Positions 26,491-39,622 of a stretch of DNA of 55,753 nucleotides are shown in pieces. The DNA comes from Patescibacteria group bacterium (GTDB lineage Bacteria; Patescibacteriota; Patescibacteriia; UBA2591; UBA4787), in NCBI GenBank assembly GCA_028715115.1, contig JAQUSN010000001.1:133314-189066 (forward strand), given 5' to 3'. The position numbers were made by a program, and so were the translations under genes. The notes under the pieces are model-generated. The model was given only the letters and a program-made list of their open reading frames with translations, searched no databases and was not told the DNA's origin. How positions within the stretch are numbered: the stretch's first letter is position 1; every line of letters begins with the position of its first letter.

Positions 26491-28005
26491 TCATTTTAAT
26501 TCACCATTTATTAAGTCCTGCCGAAAAACCCCACAGCCAGCACTAATGGCCAATATTAAACCGAATAAATAATTGGTTGCCAAAGACCAGTTGCTAGTTA
26601 AAATGGGAAAACTTCCCAAAAATAAGGAAAAAAAGATAATTTTTATTGCCAAATTTTTAGAACGATAAAACCTCTTAAAAAAACTATAAAAAATAATAAA
26701 CAATAAGGCCAAATAAATTAACAACCCCCCAACTCCAAACTGTAAAAGCATCTGAATAAAAGGATGGTGAGGTCTTAAGAAATGATCCTTCTCTAACCAT
26801 TCAATAGGATAAGCGCCGCGCCCCTCTCTTTCATATATTATTTGAGGAATAGGATAATACTCGCTCGTAAAATAATCACCCAAGCCTCGACCCCAAATTA
26901 ATGAATTGGTTGCATACAGCCTTCCTAAAATATTAATTGCCTCTATCTCTCTTACGGCAATTGTTGTCGTGCCCGACGTTGGACTTAATCTCCAATCAAG
27001 TAAATGACTGGATCTTGACACAAAATAAGCAAAATTTTTAGGAAAAATTATTGATACCCCGGCTACTAAAATTAAAAATATAATTCCAAAAATAGTAATA
27101 ATTTTAATGAATTTCGGCAACGAAAACGCAAAAATAAAAAAACTTAAGGCAAAGGAAATACCCAAAGAAAGAAGCACATATCTTGATCCGGTTGAATAGC
27201 AATTAAATAAAATTAAAATTATAAAAAGAATAAGGCCTAATCTTGAAAAAAGAGGATTTCTCCATTTACGCGGCCAAATTAAAAGACCAGTCCAAAAATA
27301 AAGAGGAATTAAGATAAACTGAATAGTTGATGAATAATTAAATTGATTAGTAATAGCGTAGACACCTAGCCTAGAATAAATAAATTGTATTGTCATAACA
27401 AATATTCTTGCGGTAAATGCCAGGATAATTATTTTAAAGAACTTGATTAATTCATCCCTTGAACGAAACGTTGTTTTAATTAAAAAATAACCTGCAACAA
27501 TAACTATAATAGGGCTTAATTGACTTGAATATTGAATCGGATTAAGCAAAATATTGGAAAAACCAATAATGGCTGCCAATATATAAAGACAGCTTATTGC
27601 TAATAAAATTTGTTCATAAATATTCAATGAAAATTTGAATTTTTTCTTTAATAAAATGTCAAAAACCATTTTTATTAAAAATATAACCAAAAGATAAGCT
27701 AAAATAGTATTGCCGGCCAGGGGATAGCCAATAATAGACTTAACTAATCTTTCGCCCAGGTCTACAAATTTTGATTGATCATCGCTTAATAAAAGAAGAA
27801 TACTGATAAGATAAACAAATTTCTTCTGGTTAATAAACAATAAAATCAGGGCAACTATGCCCAAAATAATAAGGACCCAAAGAGGCCCAGAATAAGACAA
27901 AAAATCAACAAGGATAAATAAAAATATAAAAAGAATAAAAAGAGATGGCATGCCCAAAAGAAAACGGCCCCCACTCTTCTTGTTTTGAGAATTAAGCTTT
28001 TCCAT
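26491..28005 (-). CDS. Wzy/O-antigen-ligase-like polytopic membrane protein
   Basis: About 504 aa from ATG 28005, with at least 10 TM segments. Located between glycosyltransferase and methyltransferase genes. Confidence 0.5.
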   Translation of the reverse strand: MEKLNSQNKKSGGRFLLGMPSLFILFIFLFILVDFLSYSGPLWVLIILGIVALILLFINQKKFVYLISILLLLSDDQSKFVDLGERLVKSIIGYPLAGNTILAYLLVIFLIKMVFDILLKKKFKFSLNIYEQILLAISCLYILAAIIGFSNILLNPIQYSSQLSPIIVIVAGYFLIKTTFRSRDELIKFFKIIILAFTARIFVMTIQFIYSRLGVYAITNQFNYSSTIQFILIPLYFWTGLLIWPRKWRNPLFSRLGLILFIILILFNCYSTGSRYVLLSLGISFALSFFIFAFSLPKFIKIITIFGIIFLILVAGVSIIFPKNFAYFVSRSSHLLDWRLSPTSGTTTIAVREIEAINILGRLYATNSLIWGRGLGDYFTSEYYPIPQIIYEREGRGAYPIEWLEKDHFLRPHHPFIQMLLQFGVGGLLIYLALLFIIFYSFFKRFYRSKNLAIKIIFFSLFLGSFPILTSNWSLATNYLFGLILAISAGCGVFRQDLINGELK

Positions 28006-28112
28006 ATTTACACTTTCAAACAACCAATAAAAAAATATCTGGCCGAGAAGTTAATTTCTAAAAATTAATACTGATTCTAAATATTATAACCTTTTAAAAA
28101 CAAAAATTTCAA

Positions 28113-28847
28113 TCAACTTCTTTTCTTTGCAAAGGCCAAAATGGCAAGCTTAAAGTTATTAAAAGCAAAACGTTGATGAAATACTCCCAAAAAATAAAAA
28201 AAACGAGAGAACGATAAATAAGATGGTTCTGCTTCATAGCCAGAAACACAATAGTCAAAATTATGACGATTAAGCATTAATTCAATTTTATTTATCGTAT
28301 TACATTTATAAAAAGTCGGAAAAACATCCTTTTCGTTATTCCTCTCTTTTATTTTATTAAGTACCGTATTGTGAAATCTATTAGGAATCAATTTAGAAAA
28401 GAGAGCAACGTAACCTCTTGCGTTTGGCGTTCTAAGACAAAGATAGCCCCCAGGGCGAATCACTCTCTGGCACTCCGAGAACAAAAGCTCTGGATTTTTC
28501 ATATGTTCTAAAACGTGATCACAAATACAAACATCCACGGATCCGTCTTCTAATGGCCACCTTTCGTTTTCTTTTATGAGCCGAAATTCGTCTATAAATG
28601 GATTTACCGCCCCACAGTCATTTACATCGATGCCAACGACCTTTTTGCACTTACCTTTTAATATGCGTAAGTTTCTACGGGTTATGACAGGATCTTCTCC
28701 ATAGGCCCCTCGACCGCAGCCCACATCAAGGACAATAGATGAAGAATTAATAAGTGAATTGACCCGAAGATAAAAAACTATAGCTATGTCTACGTTAGTA
28801 AATCCCCCGAACTTGCTTTCTGGATAATAGTCAAACTTATACTCCAT
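28113..28847 (-). CDS. Class I SAM-dependent methyltransferase
   Basis: 244 aa. VLDVGCGRG motif and ICDHVLEH. Confidence 0.65.
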   Translation of the reverse strand: MEYKFDYYPESKFGGFTNVDIAIVFYLRVNSLINSSSIVLDVGCGRGAYGEDPVITRRNLRILKGKCKKVVGIDVNDCGAVNPFIDEFRLIKENERWPLEDGSVDVCICDHVLEHMKNPELLFSECQRVIRPGGYLCLRTPNARGYVALFSKLIPNRFHNTVLNKIKERNNEKDVFPTFYKCNTINKIELMLNRHNFDYCVSGYEAEPSYLSFSRFFYFLGVFHQRFAFNNFKLAILAFAKKRS

Positions 28848-28967
28848 AAACTATAATAAATCTTTTAATTATATTGATTTATTGGTTAAAAAAAATAAAA
28901 TCCGAAATTGGTCCCGATAAAAAATTAATGATTCAAGCACTATCGATCTAATCCAAAAATTATTAAT

Positions 28968-30128
28968 TTAGATATTATGATCTTTCAAAAAGAGGTTGGA
29001 GAGTTCAAAAAATCTTATATATTTTTTCAAAATTACTTTAACAATCCTCGTCGCTGCCTTTCCATCCCAAAGCGGTGGCGTGCGACCCGTTTTAAATCTA
29101 TTCTCTAAAATAAGCTTTAACTGCTTAAAAATTTTATTTTTATCTAAGTCGGTTATAATATTGGTCCCCATAGTCACCGTAATCGGCCGTTCTGTCTCAT
29201 GACGCAAGGTTAGACATGGCACATTAAAAACAGTAGTCTCCTCTTGAATCCCACCGCTATCAGTTAGAACAACCTTGGCCCGACTAATTAATCTTAGAAA
29301 ATCAAGATACCCCAAAGCACTAACAATGGTCAAGCTAGGCATTTTAAATTCATCTTCTAGACCAAAATCTTTGATATTTTTCTGCGTTCTGGGATGAACC
29401 GAAAAGATAATCGGCAATTTTTGACCCACCAATTTCAAAACATCAATAATTTCTAAAAGTTTTTCTTTTTTATCGACCACCTCGGGCCGATGAAGAGTTA
29501 AAACAGCATAAGATTTGCTTTTTAATCCTAATCTCTTTAAAATCTTTGATTGTCTGATTTTACTTAAATTATTCTTTAAAGTATCAATCATAACATTGCC
29601 GACAAAGAATATCTTTTCTTTAGCAATGCCCTCTTTAAGTAAATTTTTTTTTGCAGATAACTCGGTGGTAAATAAAAAATCGGCAAGCCGATCGGTCAAA
29701 ACTCGATTGATTTCCTCTGGCATATTCCAATTATCACTTCTTAGTCCCGCCTCCACATGAGCTATTGGTATTCTAATCTTAGCGGCAACAAGTGCACAGG
29801 CCAAGGTAGAGTTGACGTCGCCTAAAACTAAAACTAAATCAGGTTTTTCTCTAAGCATAACATCGTCGATGCGATTCATAATCTCGGCCGTTTGCTTGGC
29901 ATGTGGGCCAGAACCGACATAAAGATAAACATCTGGACGCGGCAAACCCAGGACCTTAAAAAACTCTTTAGACATCGCCTGATCATAATGCTGGCCCGTA
30001 TGAACCAAAATTGGTTGAATAAACTGCGGATATTTTTTCATCTCCTTGATTAGAGGGGCCATCTTCACAAAATTAGGCCTAGCGCCAACTATACAAAATA
30101 TTTTTAACTTTTTATATATTTTTTTCAT
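28968..30128 (-). CDS. wecB: UDP-N-acetylglucosamine 2-epimerase (non-hydrolysing)
   Basis: Start moved to ATG 30128 (MKKIYKKLKIFCIVGARPNF). HTGQHYD, GDVNSTLA, EAGLRS and SGGIQEE motifs. Confidence 0.85.
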   Translation of the reverse strand: MKKIYKKLKIFCIVGARPNFVKMAPLIKEMKKYPQFIQPILVHTGQHYDQAMSKEFFKVLGLPRPDVYLYVGSGPHAKQTAEIMNRIDDVMLREKPDLVLVLGDVNSTLACALVAAKIRIPIAHVEAGLRSDNWNMPEEINRVLTDRLADFLFTTELSAKKNLLKEGIAKEKIFFVGNVMIDTLKNNLSKIRQSKILKRLGLKSKSYAVLTLHRPEVVDKKEKLLEIIDVLKLVGQKLPIIFSVHPRTQKNIKDFGLEDEFKMPSLTIVSALGYLDFLRLISRAKVVLTDSGGIQEETTVFNVPCLTLRHETERPITVTMGTNIITDLDKNKIFKQLKLILENRFKTGRTPPLWDGKAATRIVKVILKKYIRFFELSNLFLKDHNI

Positions 30129-30228
30129 AAAAATTAGTAAAACAAAATTAATGAATATGCGTCCATTCCAATATAGCATGACTTGACTCTCTTGGCAATA
30201 ATCTCAACTTCTATTATAGTAATACTAT

Positions 30229-32478
30229 ATGATTTCGCCTAAGTTAGAAAAAATTTGTTTATTTGTTATTAGGTGGGCCAGTTATTTGGTTTTGTTTTTA
30301 CCTCTTTTGGTCTCCAGACAAACATTTTATCCTTATGTTTTTGGAAAAATAATTTTCTTTAGGGTATTAATTGAAATAATGTTTGCCGCTTGGCTAATTT
30401 TGATTATCTGCCCCGTAAAAGATCATGGGTCTCACGGGGCAAGCAATAAAGACTACCGACCGAATTGGAAAAATCCATTAATATTGAGTTCGACAATTTT
30501 TATCATTATTTTATTTCTAACCTCCATTTTCGGCGTGGATTTCAAAAAATCTTTTTGGTCAAATCAAGAAAGAATGACTGGTCTCTTAACTTTACTGCAC
30601 TTTTGGATATGGTTTTTAATTCTAACTAGCACCTTCAAGCGATGGCAAGATTGGCAAAAATTAGTTTGGACTAGCTTGATTTGTTCTGTTTTAGTCGGAC
30701 TTTATGGGCTGGGTCAAAATCTTGGTCTAAAATTTTTATTAGCCGAAGCAGACGTAATGAGAATGACAGCGACCCTGGGAAACCCTATCTTTATAGGAAC
30801 TTATGCTATGATGCATATATTCTTGGCTGGTTTCCTGAGCCAATTAGAAAAAAATAAAAAAATAAAAATTCTTACTTATTTAATAGTATTATTTAATTTT
30901 TCGATTGTAATTTTTAGCGCTAGTCGTGGCCCGTTGATTTCCTGTATTTTCGCTTTTCTAATCTTTTTAATTTGGATTATATCTCGTCACCAAAATCGAA
31001 AAAAAAAGATCACCCTAATTGTCGCCTTAATTTTATTAATTATTATTTTTGTCGCCTTTTATGCTTATCTACAAACCAATCAAGGCAAGAACTTAAAATC
31101 ACATTTACCATTTTTTCTTTATCGTTTTTTAGACGCTCAAGGCCTAACCCATGGTATAGACCAAAGAACTCAATCATGGCAAATCGCCTGGCAGGGCTTT
31201 AAAGAAAAACCAATTTTTGGTTGGGGATGGGAAAATTATAATATAGTATTTAATAAATACTATCAACCGGCCTTTTTAGGTTTTGTGGGGCTTGAAGGAA
31301 CGTGGTACGATCATTCCCACAATCAAATCCTGGATCTTCTGGCGATGAGTGGTTTTTTGGGGGGCCTGGCATATTTATTTTTCTACGGAACAATTTTTTA
31401 TTTATTGATCAAAAAATTTAGAAGAGAATCTGATTTTTCTTCACGATGGCCAATGATAACGCTGATGATTATGCTGGCGGTTTATTTCATCCAGAACTTA
31501 ACCGTTTTTGACACGCCTGGCCCAATGATTATTTTTTATTTTTCCTTGGGCTTGGTTTATTTCTTCACTGTTTCTTTAAATAATAAAAATACAGCGCCCC
31601 AAAATCTAAAAAATAAAAATTCATCTCTTGTAATTATTATTCCTTTATTAATCATGTTGCCGATAGGGCTTTATAGTTTCAACTTCAAACCACTAAATCA
31701 GAGCCTGGAAGGATTTAAGGGCGTGTCTGTATCAAGAACAGATCTAGCTACAGGAATTAATTTTTATAAACAGTCCTTAGCAACAAAAAGTTTTGTCAAT
31801 CCGGAAATAAGGTTGCAACTGGCTAAAACTATTTCGGAACAAACTAAAGACAATCCTGATTATGGCAATGGCCTTGCCTTGGCCGTTCAAGAAATGGCAA
31901 AAAATACCCAAGAACATCCGCTTGACGCGCGATATTGGTTATATTTAGGCCAACTCTATGATCTCAATAATAATCCCGATGATGCCCGGGCAGGACAAAA
32001 TGCTTTAGAGAAGGCCCTTTCGCTTTCCCCTAAAAGACAACAAATATATTTTGAATTGGCAAAAAATCAGATTATTCAAAAAAACTATTCAACGGCCATT
32101 GAATATGCTCGCCAATCCATAGAACTAGACCCCAAAATCGGTTTATCTCATTATGACTTGGGTTTGATTTATTTTGCCAGTCAAGAATATTCCAAAATGC
32201 TCGAAGAATATGCTCAGGCCGAACAACTCGGTTATAACCCATTCCGAGATAAAAACGGATACTTAACCGCCTCGACGGCTTATGCTGAATTAAATAATAT
32301 GGACATGGCTCTTGACTTCGCCGAAAAAGGACTTAAAAAATGGCCTAACGATAAAATGCTGATTATCCAAAAAATAGTTTTACTCCAACAAGCAGAAAAA
32401 ACGAAAGAATTAAATGATTTTATCAATCAATTAGCCCAAGAAAATCCTCAACTATTAAAGGAGCTTGGCGGTAATTAA
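30229..32478 (+). CDS. O-antigen-ligase/Wzy_C-like membrane protein with C-terminal TPR repeats
   Basis: 749 aa. About 12 TM segments, with a large loop containing SHNQILD. The C-terminal 250 aa are TPR-like (ARYWLYLGQLY, ALSLSPKRQQIYFELA). Confidence 0.6.
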   Translation: MISPKLEKICLFVIRWASYLVLFLPLLVSRQTFYPYVFGKIIFFRVLIEIMFAAWLILIICPVKDHGSHGASNKDYRPNWKNPLILSSTIFIIILFLTSIFGVDFKKSFWSNQERMTGLLTLLHFWIWFLILTSTFKRWQDWQKLVWTSLICSVLVGLYGLGQNLGLKFLLAEADVMRMTATLGNPIFIGTYAMMHIFLAGFLSQLEKNKKIKILTYLIVLFNFSIVIFSASRGPLISCIFAFLIFLIWIISRHQNRKKKITLIVALILLIIIFVAFYAYLQTNQGKNLKSHLPFFLYRFLDAQGLTHGIDQRTQSWQIAWQGFKEKPIFGWGWENYNIVFNKYYQPAFLGFVGLEGTWYDHSHNQILDLLAMSGFLGGLAYLFFYGTIFYLLIKKFRRESDFSSRWPMITLMIMLAVYFIQNLTVFDTPGPMIIFYFSLGLVYFFTVSLNNKNTAPQNLKNKNSSLVIIIPLLIMLPIGLYSFNFKPLNQSLEGFKGVSVSRTDLATGINFYKQSLATKSFVNPEIRLQLAKTISEQTKDNPDYGNGLALAVQEMAKNTQEHPLDARYWLYLGQLYDLNNNPDDARAGQNALEKALSLSPKRQQIYFELAKNQIIQKNYSTAIEYARQSIELDPKIGLSHYDLGLIYFASQEYSKMLEEYAQAEQLGYNPFRDKNGYLTASTAYAELNNMDMALDFAEKGLKKWPNDKMLIIQKIVLLQQAEKTKELNDFINQLAQENPQLLKELGGN

Positions 32479-32490
32479 AAATTCCATGTG

Positions 32491-33138
32491 ATGGTTAAAG
32501 CTGTCTTCCACATCCATTCAAAGTATTCTTCCGACAGTTTCTCTAGTCTAGAAAAAATCGCCGGCTTTTGCCAAAAGAAAAATATTAATTTAGTCTTTTT
32601 GTGTGATCACAACAATCTGGCCCCGACAACCACCATAAATGGAGTTCAAATTATTGGCGGGGAAGAAATTAAAACGCGTGAAGGTGAAATTATTGGTCTT
32701 TTCGTCAAAGAAAAAATTGAGCCCAACTTGCTTTTGGCAGAAACTATAAAAAAAATAAAAGAACAGGGCGGACTGGTAGCCACTCCCCATCCTTTTAACA
32801 GCTTAATCCGCCGCTGGAGCGGCAAAAAAATACAACCCGAAAATTTATTAAAAAATATCGATCAAATTGATATTGTTGAAGTTTTTAATGCCCGTAATAT
32901 TTATCCGGTCGACAATAAAAAGGCTCTGGAATTTGCCGAGAAAAATAAAAAGATAAAAATCGTCGGCAGCGACGCCCACGTGATTAATGAAATTGATAAC
33001 ACTAGTTTTTTAATTGATAATTTTTCTACTCCTCAAGAATTTTTAAATAACCTATCTCGGGCGGAATTTTCTACCAAAACTGGTTCTCTTGTTGACCAAC
33101 TGAAGTCGTTATTTGTTAAAATTATAAAATTTTTCTAA
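32491..33138 (+). CDS. PHP-domain metal-dependent phosphoesterase
   Basis: HIHSKYSSDS N-terminal motif, CDHN, PHPF, SDAH. Confidence 0.65.
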   Translation: MVKAVFHIHSKYSSDSFSSLEKIAGFCQKKNINLVFLCDHNNLAPTTTINGVQIIGGEEIKTREGEIIGLFVKEKIEPNLLLAETIKKIKEQGGLVATPHPFNSLIRRWSGKKIQPENLLKNIDQIDIVEVFNARNIYPVDNKKALEFAEKNKKIKIVGSDAHVINEIDNTSFLIDNFSTPQEFLNNLSRAEFSTKTGSLVDQLKSLFVKIIKFF

Positions 33139-33183
33139 ATTAGTATTCTAGGTTTTTCGAGAAGTGTTAAGATAAAAAATCTT

Positions 33184-34329
33184 ATGAATTTACCGAATTC
33201 CTTGCAGAAAAAAATTGAATTTTTAAAAGCTCTGGCGGTTTTTGCCGGCACGATTATCGGCGTCGGCATTTTCGGCCTACCCTACGTCGCCTTAAAATCT
33301 GGATTTTTTGTCGTAGTGGCTTATTTTATTTTGGTGGCTATTTTGGCTATTATTGTCCAGATTCTTTTGGGCGAAATGGCTTGCGATACGCATAAAATCG
33401 CCCGTATTCCAGGTTACGCCGAGGAGTACATCGGGCCAAAGGCAAAAAAAATATCTTTTATCATCTCGTCGCTTGGTTTAATTGGTGCGCTTTTAGCTTA
33501 CTTGATCTTGGGCGGCGCTTTTTTAGGCTCGATTCTTCGGCCGGTCTTGGGCGGCGCTAATTTGATTTATGTTCTATTGTTTTTTACCGCCGGCGCCGCG
33601 CTGATTTTTGCCCGCGTGCGAAATATTGCCCGTTTTGAATTAATAATGTTCGTTGCCTTTGTGATTATTTTATTTATTTTTATTTATCACGGATTTCCTC
33701 ATGTTGATTATCAAAATTTATTGGGCTTTAATCCCAAATTAATTACCTTCCCTTACGGCATTATTTTATTTTCTCTCTGGGGTATTGCTTTGGTACCGGA
33801 GATAAAAGAAATTGTCGAAAGAAATCGACCATGCTTAAGAGGAGTCATTGCCGCCGGCGTCATCGTTTCTGCTCTTTGTTATTTATTTTTTGTCTTTATC
33901 TTTTTGGGTGTCAGCGGTCAAACAACCACGCCCGACGCTATGACTGGTTTTATTAATACGCTAGGCAATGGCGTGAGAACCTTGGGTTTTGTTTTTGGCC
34001 TAATCACTACCTTCACCTCTTTTATTGCTCTAGGCATGACACTAAAAAAAATATTTTGGCTCGATTTTCATCTACCACGAAATGCTTCTTGGGCGCTGGC
34101 TTGTTTTATTCCTTTAGGATTATATTTTTGCGGTTTTAAAAATTTTATAGACATCATCGGTTTAACCGGCGCCCTGATGCTTGGCCTTGAAGCTATTATG
34201 GTCGTCTTTATTTATAAAAATTTCTTGCAAAAAAGGTTTCATCAAAACGCTCCTTGGTGGCTCTACTTGCTCGTTGTCTTGTTTGTTATCGGTATAGTCT
34301 TACAGTTTATATATTTCTTTACTTCATAA
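33184..34329 (+). CDS. Amino-acid-transporter-like polytopic membrane protein
   Basis: 381 aa with about 11 TM segments. The N-terminal GTIIGVGIFGLP motif is typical of the Trp/Tyr-permease and AAAP-like families. Confidence 0.5.
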   Translation: MNLPNSLQKKIEFLKALAVFAGTIIGVGIFGLPYVALKSGFFVVVAYFILVAILAIIVQILLGEMACDTHKIARIPGYAEEYIGPKAKKISFIISSLGLIGALLAYLILGGAFLGSILRPVLGGANLIYVLLFFTAGAALIFARVRNIARFELIMFVAFVIILFIFIYHGFPHVDYQNLLGFNPKLITFPYGIILFSLWGIALVPEIKEIVERNRPCLRGVIAAGVIVSALCYLFFVFIFLGVSGQTTTPDAMTGFINTLGNGVRTLGFVFGLITTFTSFIALGMTLKKIFWLDFHLPRNASWALACFIPLGLYFCGFKNFIDIIGLTGALMLGLEAIMVVFIYKNFLQKRFHQNAPWWLYLLVVLFVIGIVLQFIYFFTS

Positions 34330-34338
34330 AATATCTAC

Positions 34339-34656
34339 ATGCAGGAATCTAGTGCGCCATTTGGCAAAGTGCAAAATCTTGAGTCAAACGATAAGTTCGG
34401 CTCAAGCGTTTTAATCGTCGAGGTTGGCCAAGAAATAACCAAGCACTACCACAAAAAAACCAAAGAAATAGAGGTTATTTTAGAGGGAGAAATAATCTGC
34501 GACGGTGAAATACAAAGGCCAGGCGAAGTTAATATTTGGGAACCAATGCAAATGCATGGTTACAAAAACATCTCTAACGCGCCGGTAAAAATTCTTTGCT
34601 TAGCCGTGCCTCCTTACGATCCAAACGATTCGTTTGAGGTGGGCCCAACCGCCTAA
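34339..34656 (+). CDS. Cupin-domain protein
   Basis: 105 aa. HYHKKTKEIEVILEGE ... MHGYKN, a two-motif cupin pattern. Confidence 0.6.
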   Translation: MQESSAPFGKVQNLESNDKFGSSVLIVEVGQEITKHYHKKTKEIEVILEGEIICDGEIQRPGEVNIWEPMQMHGYKNISNAPVKILCLAVPPYDPNDSFEVGPTA

Positions 34657-34691
34657 TTTTGACTTTCCACGGTTTATCCACAGAAAAAATA

Positions 34692-34720
34692 TTGACAAAT
34701 TTTCATTTTTTTTGTATAAT
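34692..34720 (+). promoter_or_regulatory. rRNA operon promoter
   Basis: TTGACA (34692-34697), 17 nt, TATAAT (34715-34720), 250 nt upstream of the 23S. Confidence 0.6.
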
Positions 34721-34864
34721 TTATATACAAATTAGATAATACTAATGTTTAAACTCATGTTAAACAAAAATTCCATATCTCAATTGGGCGGTTGATTCCA
34801 ACAGCATTTTTTTAGGTGCGTTGAAACCGCCTGAAAGCGGTTTTTTGTTTAATAAAATATTTTC

Positions 34865-34877
34865 TGCTCTTTAACAA
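34865..34877 (+). promoter_or_regulatory. rRNA antitermination boxA
   Basis: TGCTCTTTAACAA is identical to the E. coli rrn boxA consensus. It is preceded by the hairpin AAACCGC-CTGAAA-GCGGTTT, in a boxB-like position. Confidence 0.7.
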
Positions 34878-34973
34878 CTCGCGTTAAAAACAATGAAAGC
34901 ACAATATGCCTAATACAATCCGTTCATCCGCCTACTGGCGGAGACGGACTAACTAAAAATTTTTTCGATTTTT

Positions 34974-38098
<3,125 letters not shown>

Positions 38099-38156
38099 AA
38101 GGATCGAAAAATAAAAAATATTATTTTAACGTACACAAATTAAAACGCGCGCAAAG

Positions 38157-38272
<116 letters not shown>

Positions 38273-38292
38273 CCTTGCGCGCGTTTTTTATT
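38273..38292 (+). terminator. rRNA operon terminator (3' arm of the 5S-enclosing stem plus T-run)
   Basis: CCTTGCGCGCG pairs with 38146..38156 and is followed by TTTTTTATT. Confidence 0.6.
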
Positions 38293-38339
38293 ACCAAAAG
38301 CTGGGCATTCTGGCTCTTTTTTGATATAATATTTATATT

Positions 38340-39620
38340 ATGCAATACATCGCAGATCTACATATACACAGCAAATACTCCCGGGCTACCTCTAAAAGCA
38401 CAGACTTGGAACATTTAACTCAGTGGGCGCAAATTAAAGGCATCCAAATTTTAGGCACTGGCGATTTTACTCACCCGCTCTGGTTTAAAGAAATCCAAAA
38501 CAAGTTAGAACCAGTTAAAGATGGATTATATAAATTAAAAACCGCACAGTCAGACATGCGTTTTATTTTGTCTACCGAATTCTCTTGCATTTATACCAAA
38601 AACGACAAATGCCGACGAATCCATCTTTGTGTTTTTGCGCCGAACATTGCCACGGTTGCCAAAATCAACCAAACATTGGGCGGAAAATATAATCTAAAAT
38701 CCGACGGCCGGCCGATTTTGGGAATCGATGCCAAAGAATTGCTAAAAATTTTATTAGATATTTCTCCGGACATTGTGATGATCCCGGCTCACGCCTGGAC
38801 TCCCTGGTTTTCTATTTTTGGTTCAAAGTCCGGCTTTGATTCAGTCGAAGAATGCTTTAATGAGCTCGCGCCTAAAATTTTTGCCCTAGAAACCGGACTT
38901 TCTTCCGACCCAATGATGAATTGGCAGTGGTCGTATCTCGATAAATACACTCTGATTTCCAATTCTGACGCGCATTCACCGGAAAAACTCGGCCGCGAAG
39001 CTAACGTCTTTGACTTTAAACAAGAACCAACTTATAAAGATTTAATGCAAAGCATTAAAACTAGGCAAGGATTTCTTTACACCATTGAATTTTTCCCTGA
39101 AGAAGGCAAATACCACCTCGACGGCCACCGTGCCCATAATGTCGTCTTAGAACCAAAACAAACCAAGAAACTCAAGGGCATTTGCCCGGTTTGCCACCGG
39201 CCATTAACCGTTGGTGTTTTAAGTCGAGTCGCCGAACTAGCTGATCGCGAGGCGCCACAACGGCCTAAAGGCGCGCCTGACCAAAAAAGTATTATTCCAC
39301 TTAAAGAAATTATCTCTGAAATCGAGGGCGTAATGCCGACCAGTAAGCGGGTTGATGCCATTTATCACGAAATGATTAAAAGGGGTAAAAATGAATTTAA
39401 TATTTTACTAAATTTATCACGCGAGGAGATAACCAATGTCAGCGAACCGAAAATGGCTGAGGCGATAATGAAAATGCGCGCCGGTGAAGTCATAAAAAAC
39501 CCTGGCTACGATGGAGTTTTCGGCCAAATAAAAATTTTCCCCGACTCGCCAGATTTAAAAAGGCTAGGATCTTCTCTGCCAGGTAAAAAAACAAACAAAA
39601 ATCAAAAAGTATTATTTTAA
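38340..39620 (+). CDS. Endonuclease Q-like PHP-domain protein
   Basis: 426 aa. N-terminal ADLHIHSKYSRATS PHP motif, NSDAHSP, and a CPVCHRPLTVGV zinc-finger-like segment. Size and layout match the EndoQ/TIGR00375 family as I recall it. Confidence 0.55.
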   Translation: MQYIADLHIHSKYSRATSKSTDLEHLTQWAQIKGIQILGTGDFTHPLWFKEIQNKLEPVKDGLYKLKTAQSDMRFILSTEFSCIYTKNDKCRRIHLCVFAPNIATVAKINQTLGGKYNLKSDGRPILGIDAKELLKILLDISPDIVMIPAHAWTPWFSIFGSKSGFDSVEECFNELAPKIFALETGLSSDPMMNWQWSYLDKYTLISNSDAHSPEKLGREANVFDFKQEPTYKDLMQSIKTRQGFLYTIEFFPEEGKYHLDGHRAHNVVLEPKQTKKLKGICPVCHRPLTVGVLSRVAELADREAPQRPKGAPDQKSIIPLKEIISEIEGVMPTSKRVDAIYHEMIKRGKNEFNILLNLSREEITNVSEPKMAEAIMKMRAGEVIKNPGYDGVFGQIKIFPDSPDLKRLGSSLPGKKTNKNQKVLF

Positions 39621-39622
39621 AT

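Noticed and set aside
34674-34682. Perfect DnaA box TTATCCACA just upstream of the rRNA promoter
   Set aside because: It is a single isolated 9-mer. One chance occurrence in an AT-rich 56-kb window is plausible, and no cluster or AT-rich unwinding element accompanies it.
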